A stretch of 26,459 bases of DNA from a virus (Duplodnaviria; Caudoviricetes): IMG/VR virus record IMGVR_UViG_3300020045_003216, positions 1 through 26,459 of that record; one strand, given 5' to 3'. Position numbers and translations under genes: made by a program. Under the pieces are notes generated by a model. That model made no database searches and had not been told where the DNA came from. It saw only the letters and a program-made list of their open reading frames with translations. This document shows positions 8,232 to 16,602 of the stretch, piece after piece (position 1 is the first letter of the stretch; the number at the start of each line of letters is the position of its first letter).

Positions 8232-9632
8232 CTAATCTACCGAGTTGCGATAACTGGCTATCTTCGCCTTAGTAGCGGCGAGTAAGCTGTCCTGCACCGC
8301 GCCCTTCGAGTTCCACGACTTCACGACGCTTTCGTCTTCCGTGCCCTTCACAATGATGCGGTAGATACGCACTTGCTCTTTCTGCCCCGGACGAGCCAGA
8401 CGTTCATTCCATTGTAGATATAGTTCGAGCGGCCAACACAGGCCATACCACACTTGCACGTTTCCGCCGTGCTGCAAGTTCAACCCGTGACCGCCCGAAG
8501 CGGGGTGCATAACCATAACGGGAATCCTACCCGCGTTCCAGTCCTTAATATGCTGGTCGGTCTTAAAGTGCACCGGTTTGTACGCTCGTAACGCATGCAT
8601 TATACGATCTAGTTCGTGCTTGAAGTTATACGCTATCATAACCGGTGCGCCGTTCGCCGCTTCGATTATCTCCTCCAACGCTTCCAGCTTCTCGCCGTGG
8701 ACGTTATGGACGTTGCGCTCTTCGTCGTAGATCGCGCCGCCGGCGAACTGCAATAGCTTACCGGATAACGCCGCCGCCGTTGCGACTGATAGCTTTTTAG
8801 GGAGAAGGTCCTCGGCCTGTATTATCTCCATTACCTTATCGCGTTCGAACTTCTTATACTTTGCCAGCACAGGCGGCGAGAGGTAAACCGGTACGTCGAT
8901 ATACCGGATAGGCTCTAGGTTAAGATAGTCGGCTTTATTCATAGAGATAACTATATCCTTCAACTGGTTGTGTATTCTAGTTTGTGAGTCCTCAGACGGT
9001 ATGTACTTACCGAACTGAGAGCCGGGAGGACACACCCGATTAAAGAACCTATCTTTGTAATGCGTTATGAACTTGCCAAGGCGTTGCCCTCGGTCGAGTA
9101 GCCAAATTTGAAACCACAAATCTATTAGGCCGTTAGGCGCAGGCGTGCCGGTCATAATTAGCACCCGGTCAAAACACGCCTGTACGGCCTTAAGAGCGAT
9201 TGATCTTTTACTCTTCGGATTTTTGAAACTTGAACTTTCGTCAATAATTAGCATGTCATACGGCAACATCGAACCTCCGAATTGTCCAATCAACCACGGT
9301 AGATTTTCCCGCGAAATTAGATATATGTCCGCCTTTTCGCGCATAGCGGCGAGGCGCTTTTTTTCAGTTCCGATAATAGTCGATACGCGTAAACGCTTCA
9401 AGTGTTCCCACCGCGCGACCTCATCGGGCCATGTGGACGATACCACGCGCTTAGGCCCTACGATTAGCACGGTGTTTATGAGTAATTCTCGGTAGATCAA
9501 TATCTCGGCAGCCGTCAGGGCGCAAATCGTCTTGCCAAGTCCCATGTCCATGAACAACCCACAGAACGGATTTTTGACGATGTGTCGGATAACTGGCGGC
9601 TGGTACTTGTATAAGTCTTTTAGTTTTAGCAT
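8232..9632 (-). CDS. SNF2-family helicase/ATPase
   Basis: Motifs DMGLGKT, IIDESS, MTGTP, GGHGLNLQ and QWNERLARPGQ. Confidence 0.92.
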   Translation of the reverse strand: MLKLKDLYKYQPPVIRHIVKNPFCGLFMDMGLGKTICALTAAEILIYRELLINTVLIVGPKRVVSSTWPDEVARWEHLKRLRVSTIIGTEKKRLAAMREKADIYLISRENLPWLIGQFGGSMLPYDMLIIDESSSFKNPKSKRSIALKAVQACFDRVLIMTGTPAPNGLIDLWFQIWLLDRGQRLGKFITHYKDRFFNRVCPPGSQFGKYIPSEDSQTRIHNQLKDIVISMNKADYLNLEPIRYIDVPVYLSPPVLAKYKKFERDKVMEIIQAEDLLPKKLSVATAAALSGKLLQFAGGAIYDEERNVHNVHGEKLEALEEIIEAANGAPVMIAYNFKHELDRIMHALRAYKPVHFKTDQHIKDWNAGRIPVMVMHPASGGHGLNLQHGGNVQVWYGLCWPLELYLQWNERLARPGQKEQVRIYRIIVKGTEDESVVKSWNSKGAVQDSLLAATKAKIASYRNSVD

Positions 9633-10579
9633 TTTAATTTAAAATTAGTGAAGGCTTCGCAGGACTCGGAGCAGTCCCCCTCGTGCCCGTCTAGCTCGTC
9701 GTTGTAGGTCTCTTCGTTGTACACTTCGTTCTCGTCGTGGTAAAAATCTGTGAAGTTCTCGGCTAGTTTTTCCAAATCTCCTACAGACCTATTACCTCGG
9801 TAAAATCTAATGGGTAGGTGGATTAAGACGCCCTTAGCCTCTACTTTTTTTCTACGCACTGGGTTAACATATCCCCCATACAACCTCTCCATCCTGCGGG
9901 GAAAGTCGAACCAGTTAGGCAATCGAACCATTAGCGTAAGTAATTTTCTAAGCGTCTTTTTGTGGCAGAATTTGCAGTTGCCCTCGTACCCTTTTAGCCC
10001 GAGTCTAAAAGGTCGCGCTCGCCAGTTTTCGTTAACGTCTTTTTTAGTAATGCCACTTATGGCCGGCTCGTAAAAGACGTTGGGATTAGTGAGCCGCGTC
10101 CACTCGTCCGCGCGGATCCCAATGGCAAGATGGTAGTCCGTAACGCCTATTGACTTTAAGTAATTTTCTATAGGGCGGGTCTTAAGATCTCGTGTGCAAT
10201 GATGATTATCCTTGTTGGGGATTCCCAACTTTCGGATTAATGCCTCGAAAGGCGTCTCCTTATCGGTGTCTCTCGCCGCAGTGTAGAAGTCGACAATTCT
10301 ATGCCGAACGCCTTTTCCATAGCGCGGGTCAATTACCGCCTCAACCCAGACTACCTCACCATAAGTGAGTTCAATGTTATGGACGAATTCTAACGTTCGC
10401 TCATCTTCGTGCCCGGTGTTTGCGAAGACACATATTATTTTGCGGAGGGGGTAATTTTTCCTGATCCTTATATACATATCCCCTGACGTCTCACCCCCTG
10501 ACATACTGACAACTATAGGCTTATCGTCGTCAGGTATTGACTTCATGAGGAAGAACTCTTTTTTAATTGATATGCTCAT
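9626..10579 (-). CDS. PAPS-reductase-like (PP-loop) protein with cysteine clusters
   Basis: PP-loop SMSGGETS, FANTGHE, CTRDLK, IGIRADE, GNCKFC and a terminal CSESCE. Confidence 0.8.
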   Translation of the reverse strand: MSISIKKEFFLMKSIPDDDKPIVVSMSGGETSGDMYIRIRKNYPLRKIICVFANTGHEDERTLEFVHNIELTYGEVVWVEAVIDPRYGKGVRHRIVDFYTAARDTDKETPFEALIRKLGIPNKDNHHCTRDLKTRPIENYLKSIGVTDYHLAIGIRADEWTRLTNPNVFYEPAISGITKKDVNENWRARPFRLGLKGYEGNCKFCHKKTLRKLLTLMVRLPNWFDFPRRMERLYGGYVNPVRRKKVEAKGVLIHLPIRFYRGNRSVGDLEKLAENFTDFYHDENEVYNEETYNDELDGHEGDCSESCEAFTNFKLKC

Positions 10580-10863
10580 GGGTGTTTTTCTAAAATTGTT
10601 TTCACTTGATCCACGCCGTCAATGACGTACACGGCGAAGCCTAGCCGGCGTAACTTCCCATGTATTAGTTGCTGTATTGGTGACGGCTTTTTTCCGGTAC
10701 TCTTCAACTCCGCGAAGAAGACAACCCCACCCGGGAGAAGTACAAGGCGGTCGGGGAGGCCGCTTACATACGTGCAAACCATTTTAATAGCCCAGCCTTT
10801 GCGCTTGCGCACCATTTCAACTAATAGCCGCTCGATGTCTTTTTCTGATTCTTTAGTTTTCAT
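10576..10863 (-). CDS. VRR-NUC domain nuclease
   Basis: ESEKDIE...GLPDRLV...FAELKSTG..PSPIQ, a PD-(D/E)xK signature. Confidence 0.9.
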   Translation of the reverse strand: MKTKESEKDIERLLVEMVRKRKGWAIKMVCTYVSGLPDRLVLLPGGVVFFAELKSTGKKPSPIQQLIHGKLRRLGFAVYVIDGVDQVKTILEKHP

Positions 10864-11140
10864 TTATAAGGTGCGAATCTTCGTATAAAGGCTTCCCCGT
10901 GAACGGGCAGAACTTGGCGAATACTAACATGTCCCTATAGCTTTGGGTAAAAGTCTCCTCTCCCTTTTTACCTTTCTTGCCTCTGTACATAGCGCGTAGA
11001 GCTAAATGTCTTCCGTCTCCGTTTAGCCAGTAAGTGCCGGCGTTGAATCCAGCTTTAGGATCTCCTGTCTGATCTTGTATTAATTTTTCCGTCGCCTCGA
11101 TTGCATCCCAATTTTCTGAAATCTTTTTACTGTTAGCCAT
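10853..11140 (-). CDS. Hypothetical protein, 95 aa
   Basis: Packed ORF with a C-terminal FCPFTGKPL knuckle-like motif. Confidence 0.65.
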   Translation of the reverse strand: MANSKKISENWDAIEATEKLIQDQTGDPKAGFNAGTYWLNGDGRHLALRAMYRGKKGKKGEETFTQSYRDMLVFAKFCPFTGKPLYEDSHLINEN

Positions 11141-11146
11141 GTTGTT

Positions 11147-13546
11147 TTATCTTTTAAGTGAATAATATTTTTGTTTGCCGTACACGCCAAAATTGGCAGT
11201 GCTCGATTTGTATTCCCAATTTGGGAATGATTTCATTATATCGTTAATGTCTCGCGTCTTCCATCGGTCCATCGCCTTAGGGTCGTTGCCTAAGCACTCA
11301 CACCATATTTCAGCTACGCATACCTTGGTTCGAGTTGTACCTTCTTCGAAGTTCTGCGCCGGGTCTTCGAGATACATACGGCGAGCGTCGAGGTCTAATT
11401 TAGCCCAGTTCTTAGGCAATAGCTTGTTGAGGTAATACTCAATAACGCCGCGACGTTCGTCAACCTCTGAATGGTTAACCTGCTCCATTCCCGCGATAAC
11501 TTCGGCGGCGTTCGAGAAATACAGCGTCTCGCCTGCACGATGTAACGCCGTTGCCTCTGACCATATTTGATCTATCTCGCCGTCTAGATCTTTCCAAACA
11601 TCTTTAACGATGTCGTCGGGGTTCACGTCGATAGGCGCGAAACGCCTGTTGCCCGTTGGGTCTGTGAAAAGTTCTCTCTTATTCGACGTGGCAATGAAAA
11701 TGTTTTGTCTTGGGTAGTCCTCAGGGCTTCGACCGTATGCGGGGCGAAACGTGTCAACCCGTTTAGATATGAAATGTTTAACCGTCTCTTGGTCCGCTTT
11801 CCGGAATCCAGCCATTTCGGCTATTTCAATAAGCCAAGCCCCCTGCAGTTGCTCGAACGCCTCTTTGCCGTGAACAGTGGTAAACGTGTCGCTGTACCAG
11901 CCTTTACCCAGCTTGTCAACAAATGAACTCTTCTTTGTGCCTTGTGCGCCTATTATCGTGAGCACTAGATCAAATTTACACCCGGGGTTGAAGATGCGTG
12001 CAACCGCCGCAACTAATGGTTTGCGAATTGACTCCCGGGTATATGCGTTATCGGGTGCGCCGAAATAATCGTGGAGCAGGTAGTCGATTCTTTTCTTTCC
12101 GTCCCACTTTAGCCCGTTGAGATAGTCCTTAATAGGGTGGAAAGAATCTCGCTCGAATACCATCGCCAGCGCGTCGTCTATTTTCTGAACTCCGGTAACG
12201 CCGTAACACGATTCTATATAATTTCGAACGCCCGAATAATCTACGTTTTTAATCGGTTCGGGCTTTGGTATCTTTCGCCAAGGCAGCGTACGAAACACGT
12301 ATCTTTTATTGTCGAACAGATTTTGTTTGAAACTATTTTTTAACCTAGAATCGTTTTTCAATATTAGATTTATGTTGTTCGAACTGCTGAGGTAGTTTCC
12401 TTTGTTGTCGGCTTCGAGCTCTTCCATCCATTCGAAGTCCTCGCCGTCGCCTTCCACGTTCTCGGGCAGTTCTTCGTAATCCTGATAATCTTCGTCAAAG
12501 TCGTACTTGGCGTTCTCGCGGTTTTCCTTTGCGAGTGTTGCTTTAACGCCTTTATTCTTTAGACACAGCTCTTCCATAGCGGCGAAGCTCTTAGGCTTTT
12601 GCCCCGACTGCGTCTCACCGTCCAAGTGACCGAACTTGTGTAACCGCACAAGATCGAAGGCGTTCGACGTCTTTCCGCTGCATGGGTCGGTCCCGTGATG
12701 GGAATAAGCGAAAGTGTCATCATAGACGATAAGCCCGGCGGCGGTCGATCCCTGTGTATAGGTGTATCGGTCTTCGTGGTCGGTGGCGATATACTGCTCA
12801 GATAGGAACTTTTCCAGTACCTCAACTATTGAGTAGGTGCGGCAAAAAGCCCCTACGACGCCCGACTTTTCGCGCGGGTCGGCTTGCTTCGCCACGTCGC
12901 CGTTAATGCTCTTAAGCGTTGCGCCTGACGTCGGCCAAAGGCTTGTATCTTTCCAGTCGATGTACGCGTTCAGTATTTCGTCAGCGTCCAACCATTCCCC
13001 GTCTTGGACCTGCATATAATATTCTACATCTTTCGGCGTTGAAGGCCAAAACATAAGGCGGTTAACTTCGAAGGTCGTGGCGTCGAACAATTCAATGTCT
13101 AGCGTGCCGGCAACGTGTCGAGAGATCGCGCCGTATTCGTCGCTCGTAACCTCGCGGTTAAGCGGCATTAACAGACGATAGCGCGGGTTGGCTTTCGAGT
13201 GTTTGTGCGAGGCGTGTAGGATTGCGGCGTTCGAGTATTGCAGCGTGAAGTCGTCCCAAAAATGATAATGCGAGAAATCGATATCTAGCGTTAAAAGTTG
13301 GCGGTGCCCCACATTTTTAGGGCTTCGTTTCCCGTCTCTAAGATACCCACCAACATACCCGCCTACGTCTTTGATTACACCCTGTTCGGCTTTCGACGAT
13401 GCTATGAATTCTTTGTAGGTTTCCCCCGTTACAACTACATCGGATATCCTTTGGACAAACTGACTGAACAGAATCGTTTTGTTTTTCCATTTAAGCGTAC
13501 CAGCCGAGCGGCCTACTGCGATTGTTAATTTACCGTCGTTTTTCAT
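11147..13546 (-). CDS. Primase-helicase (N-terminal primase-like domain, C-terminal VapE/VirE P-loop ATPase)
   Basis: LTLDID and SHKH...PRYRL primase-like motifs. GAQGTKKSS, IEIAEM, FRPAYGR and DPTGNRRF VapE motifs. Confidence 0.88.
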   Translation of the reverse strand: MKNDGKLTIAVGRSAGTLKWKNKTILFSQFVQRISDVVVTGETYKEFIASSKAEQGVIKDVGGYVGGYLRDGKRSPKNVGHRQLLTLDIDFSHYHFWDDFTLQYSNAAILHASHKHSKANPRYRLLMPLNREVTSDEYGAISRHVAGTLDIELFDATTFEVNRLMFWPSTPKDVEYYMQVQDGEWLDADEILNAYIDWKDTSLWPTSGATLKSINGDVAKQADPREKSGVVGAFCRTYSIVEVLEKFLSEQYIATDHEDRYTYTQGSTAAGLIVYDDTFAYSHHGTDPCSGKTSNAFDLVRLHKFGHLDGETQSGQKPKSFAAMEELCLKNKGVKATLAKENRENAKYDFDEDYQDYEELPENVEGDGEDFEWMEELEADNKGNYLSSSNNINLILKNDSRLKNSFKQNLFDNKRYVFRTLPWRKIPKPEPIKNVDYSGVRNYIESCYGVTGVQKIDDALAMVFERDSFHPIKDYLNGLKWDGKKRIDYLLHDYFGAPDNAYTRESIRKPLVAAVARIFNPGCKFDLVLTIIGAQGTKKSSFVDKLGKGWYSDTFTTVHGKEAFEQLQGAWLIEIAEMAGFRKADQETVKHFISKRVDTFRPAYGRSPEDYPRQNIFIATSNKRELFTDPTGNRRFAPIDVNPDDIVKDVWKDLDGEIDQIWSEATALHRAGETLYFSNAAEVIAGMEQVNHSEVDERRGVIEYYLNKLLPKNWAKLDLDARRMYLEDPAQNFEEGTTRTKVCVAEIWCECLGNDPKAMDRWKTRDINDIMKSFPNWEYKSSTANFGVYGKQKYYSLKR

Positions 13547-13547
13547 T

Positions 13548-13709
13548 TTAGTATAGGTACTTGGTTGGTAATGTGTTGACGGTATAAAATGCGCCAGGGT
13601 GTAAATTTTTCAGTTTTTCTACAACTTCCTTGGCTCTAGTTTCACAGCCGCAAGTTCTATCGTACACGTTGTTTCCTTGATAATTTATATAAAATACATA
13701 GTAGCGCAT
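13548..13709 (-). CDS. Hypothetical protein, 53 aa (MRYYVFYINYQG...)
   Basis: ATG lies 4 nt after the polA stop. The AT-rich ORF fills the gap to the primase gene. Confidence 0.55.
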   Translation of the reverse strand: MRYYVFYINYQGNNVYDRTCGCETRAKEVVEKLKNLHPGAFYTVNTLPTKYLY

Positions 13710-13713
13710 AATA

Positions 13714-15684
13714 TTAGTCTTTTTTATAATAGTTAGTTGAAAAGCCCTCAGCAGGTAATGACAAGCCTTTAGCCCAGGGGACGGGCTTCGCGAGAATATC
13801 GCAAAGCTGCGAGAGAACAAAGTCGACGCTTAGGTTCTCCACCTCTGCTATAACCTCGTCATGAACATGCCCGACGATTGGAAAGCCTGCTTTGTCGGCT
13901 CTTCGCATTCCAAGGGCTAAGATGTCACGGGCTATGGCTTGTATGATGTTCTCCGAAATCTTGCCGCCGTAAGTGTCAACCCAACCCCATTTCTTAGTAT
14001 CAGGATTTACACCCATATACTTAATACTGGGGTTGCCCCATCGGTTCGTCGTGAGCATCGCGTCGCGATATATCAGTTTGCGCCCCGACGGTAATTGGAC
14101 CGTTAAACATTTATGTTCAAAGTTGAATATTAATCCTTTATTTGAGGCCTGCGGCTGTTTGGTTTTAATCGCTCGAATCGCGGCGCGTTCGAAGTCGTAC
14201 CACATTTTCACGATGTTTGGACTCTCCGCCCGCCAAACCTTTATAATTTCTTTTATTTGAGCGTCGGTCTCGGTTATGTCGTCGCCAGCCATTTGTCGGT
14301 ATGCCCCAACGGATCCGCCGAAGCCAAGCGCGAGCTCTGCGATCTTGCCCTTATCTCGGTACGCCGAGCCCTTAGTCACTTGTTCGATTGGCACCTTGAA
14401 TATCTTAGAGGCCGAGATCTCATAAATGTTCCCTTTGCCCGCGAAAACCTCTTCGCGCCACTTCTCGGAAGCAAGCCACGCGGTTATACGCCCCTCGATT
14501 GCGGAGTAATCCGCGACTACGAACGTATGCCCCAATTCCGCAATTAACGTTGTACGTATGAGTTCAGACAACACTTTAGAAATATTGCTAAACATCATAA
14601 CTAGGCCGTCGTAGTCGTTGGCTTTCACCATGTCACGGGCGAGGTTTAGGAGTTTCATCTTGTTACGTGGTAAGTTCTGCAGCTGCACCGCGCGACCCGC
14701 CCAACGGCCTGTACGCCCTGCACCGTAGAACTGTAAAAGTCCGTGCGCCCGGTCGGTGCTTAGCGCATAGTTTGCCATAGCTGTAAACTTTTTCGTTGAG
14801 GTCTTAGATCCCAATTGTCGTAGTTTCAAGACCTCCACCGCCGCCCCTGCCCGATGCTTTTTTATTAAGGACTCAACGGTCTTTTTCGCGAGTGACGTTA
14901 TAGGTTGGCGCAATTCGTCTGTTAGCCATTTTTTAAGCTGGGCGGGGCTGTTCGGATTTACGAGTCCAGTCTTTTCTTTCAGTTGTTCGATTATTTCGGC
15001 TTTGAAAAGGTCGTCAATTATAACGGCGTTGGCGGCCATGAGCGTATCAACTTTAATGCCTTTATCGTTTATTTTCTGATCTAAAATATAGTTTTCTTTT
15101 TCTACTTCGGGAAACTCGAAACATTCGTTTTCGTCTTGTACGGCCATTTCGGCCACAACGTCCTGGCCGCAATAGTATTTGTATCGTTCCCACTTTTCAG
15201 GGTTGTGTTTCGGTAAATTTCTACATCGGAAGTCGTTCGACTTTACCGGCTTAACTGGGCAAGAAAAGTAACGGATAAGCGCCGAGCCTTCGGCACTCTT
15301 CGCCTGTTCGCCCAAGTCCAAGACAGTTGATAAGACAGCCAAGGCCATAGGCAGGCCGCAATATGAAGCCTTAACGGCGGAGCAGTGCCAGTGCCACGCG
15401 GGTATATCGTGACCAATAGCGCGAAACGCTAAGCGTTCGAACGTTGCATTATGCGCGTGCTTTTCGACTAATGGGTCGTGTAATGCTTTTAAGAATTTTT
15501 CGGGTATTTTTTCGCCGTTGAGTAGATCGACTATTTTAATTAAGCCTTTCACGCCGTTAATCTTGAAACAATAGGCCAGTATAACTATTTCAAAGTCAGC
15601 GCTTTCCATGTACTTATAAGCCCCGCATGTCTTAATATTGACGCTTGAAAAAGTTTCAACGTCCATGTGTAATTCAATTGCCAT
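13714..15684 (-). CDS. polA: Family A DNA polymerase with 3'-5' exonuclease
   Basis: ExoI DVETFS, ExoII AHNATFE, ExoIII YCGQDV, motif A DYSAIEGR, motif B RDKGKIAELALGFGG, motif C HVHDE. Start placed at the ATG at 15684. Confidence 0.95.
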   Translation of the reverse strand: MAIELHMDVETFSSVNIKTCGAYKYMESADFEIVILAYCFKINGVKGLIKIVDLLNGEKIPEKFLKALHDPLVEKHAHNATFERLAFRAIGHDIPAWHWHCSAVKASYCGLPMALAVLSTVLDLGEQAKSAEGSALIRYFSCPVKPVKSNDFRCRNLPKHNPEKWERYKYYCGQDVVAEMAVQDENECFEFPEVEKENYILDQKINDKGIKVDTLMAANAVIIDDLFKAEIIEQLKEKTGLVNPNSPAQLKKWLTDELRQPITSLAKKTVESLIKKHRAGAAVEVLKLRQLGSKTSTKKFTAMANYALSTDRAHGLLQFYGAGRTGRWAGRAVQLQNLPRNKMKLLNLARDMVKANDYDGLVMMFSNISKVLSELIRTTLIAELGHTFVVADYSAIEGRITAWLASEKWREEVFAGKGNIYEISASKIFKVPIEQVTKGSAYRDKGKIAELALGFGGSVGAYRQMAGDDITETDAQIKEIIKVWRAESPNIVKMWYDFERAAIRAIKTKQPQASNKGLIFNFEHKCLTVQLPSGRKLIYRDAMLTTNRWGNPSIKYMGVNPDTKKWGWVDTYGGKISENIIQAIARDILALGMRRADKAGFPIVGHVHDEVIAEVENLSVDFVLSQLCDILAKPVPWAKGLSLPAEGFSTNYYKKD

Positions 15685-15711
15685 ATTGTTAGTTTGAGAG
15701 GGTTGGAGTTG

Positions 15712-15772
15712 CACGTCGTCGGGGATTCGAACCCCGCCTACTTCCGATAACTCTCCCTTAGAGTTACGACGT
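15712..15772 (-). ncRNA. Minimal tRNA-like element (acceptor stem and T-arm, only one internal hairpin)
   Basis: ACGTCGT/ACGACGT 7-bp acceptor stem, CGGGG-TTCGAAT-CCCCG T-arm, AACTCT-AAGGG-AGAGTT hairpin. 61 nt, no encoded CCA. Confidence 0.65.
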
Positions 15773-15786
15773 TTCAGATATATAAT

Positions 15787-15922
15787 TAACTCGCGTATAT
15801 CAGGCGATAGTTTGAGGGCTAAATCTTAACTGACGTTTAGCCGTATGTCAGGCGCGATTTTTATACTGGGCTCGGCGTGCAGTCTGTGAGCATCATCGCC
15901 ACTACGCGGTATGTTACTCAAA
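15787..15922 (-). ncRNA. Candidate structured RNA: long closing helix enclosing an H-type pseudoknot
   Basis: Closing helices CGCGTA/TACGCG and GGCGATG/TATCGCC. Interleaved stems CTGAC/GTCAG and GGCTAAA/TTTAGCC at 15817-15851. Confidence 0.55.
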
Positions 15923-15942
15923 TGAAAGGGAACTTTCCCCTA

Positions 15943-16011
15943 GAGGGCGTGCGGGATTCGAACCCGCGTCCTGCCGAGTTAACGGCCCGTCTGCCTCTGA
16001 ATTAACACCCT
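15943..16011 (-). ncRNA. Atypical tRNA-like element with a shortened anticodon arm (identity undetermined)
   Basis: AGGGTGT/ACGCCCT acceptor stem, D-loop-like AGAGGCA with a weak stem, GCCG-TTAACT-CGGC (4 bp, 6-nt loop), AGGAC, GCGGG-TTCGAAT-CCCGC. 69 nt. Confidence 0.7.
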
Positions 16012-16020
16012 GCCGTCTTT

Positions 16021-16602
16021 TTAAAGATCGTCGTACTCTTCGTCCTCGTCTTCAAATTCATAATCGTCGCCGAAGGCGTCGTTTATATCCACCTGACCGC
16101 CACCTAAGCGAGGCCCTCCCGATATGAATTGGACAGCTTCAAGGCCTGCTGTAATTCCTTTCGATTCGTCGCCCCAATAATAGTAGAACTTCAAATTAAC
16201 TCGAGCGTAACACCCGCTATATATCTTTTCGGGATTTGTGATCTCTTCCTTGTCCCTGTCAACTATAGGGGGTTTACGATACGACCACACATTCATATAG
16301 AACTTACCTTCGTACTCCTCTTCGTCTTTTTCTTCGTCTCCGTCGCGTAACGTATTTGTGATAGCTTTTTTAGGGGGTTTACCTGCGTACTTTTCCGCGA
16401 TCATCTGTTTTTCTACGGCCTTTATCGCGGCTCTTATTTTGGCTACGGTCTCCTTATCTTTCTTGTCGATAAGAAGCAGGCATTTGTACTTTCCGCGCTC
16501 GGTGGGCTTTTTTGGATCGATGTAAGGCTCAAACAAGCTTACATAACTCAACATCACTTTTCCGGTTGTTACATTCACCGGGCTTTTCTCTTTAGTTGCC
16601 AT
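16021..16602 (-). CDS. ssb: Phage single-stranded DNA-binding protein (DUF2815-like)
   Basis: LSYVSLFEP, KYKCLLLIDK, LRDGD, IYSGCYARV, GPRLGG and an acidic tail. Canonical position between DUF2800 and polA. Confidence 0.88.
   Translation of the reverse strand: MATKEKSPVNVTTGKVMLSYVSLFEPYIDPKKPTERGKYKCLLLIDKKDKETVAKIRAAIKAVEKQMIAEKYAGKPPKKAITNTLRDGDEEKDEEEYEGKFYMNVWSYRKPPIVDRDKEEITNPEKIYSGCYARVNLKFYYYWGDESKGITAGLEAVQFISGGPRLGGGQVDINDAFGDDYEFEDEDEEYDDL

Noticed and set aside
11925-11951. Inactive helicase because Walker A reads GAQGTKKSS
   Set aside because: The catalytic Lys-Ser is retained and the other VapE motifs are intact.
15685-15714. N-terminal extension of PolA from the GTG at 15714
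   Set aside because: It overlaps the tRNA-like 3' end. The ATG at 15684 has an A-rich leader and directly precedes ExoI.
15861-15896. 11-codon mini-ORF MMLTDCTPSPV inside the structured RNA
   Set aside because: Its start is buried in the predicted helix, and an ORF this short is expected by chance.
15943-16011. Suppressor tRNA / stop-codon recoding (TTA in the loop)
   Set aside because: The loop is only 6 nt so no anticodon can be assigned. Genes are intact in the standard code and use TAA, TAG and TGA as stops.
15712-16011. Complete or permuted tmRNA, or a tRNA-associated HDV-like (theta) ribozyme
   Set aside because: Each acceptor stem closes locally, there is no G3-U70 pair or convincing tag frame, and I could not fit an HDV fold by eye. 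A covariance search should still be run.
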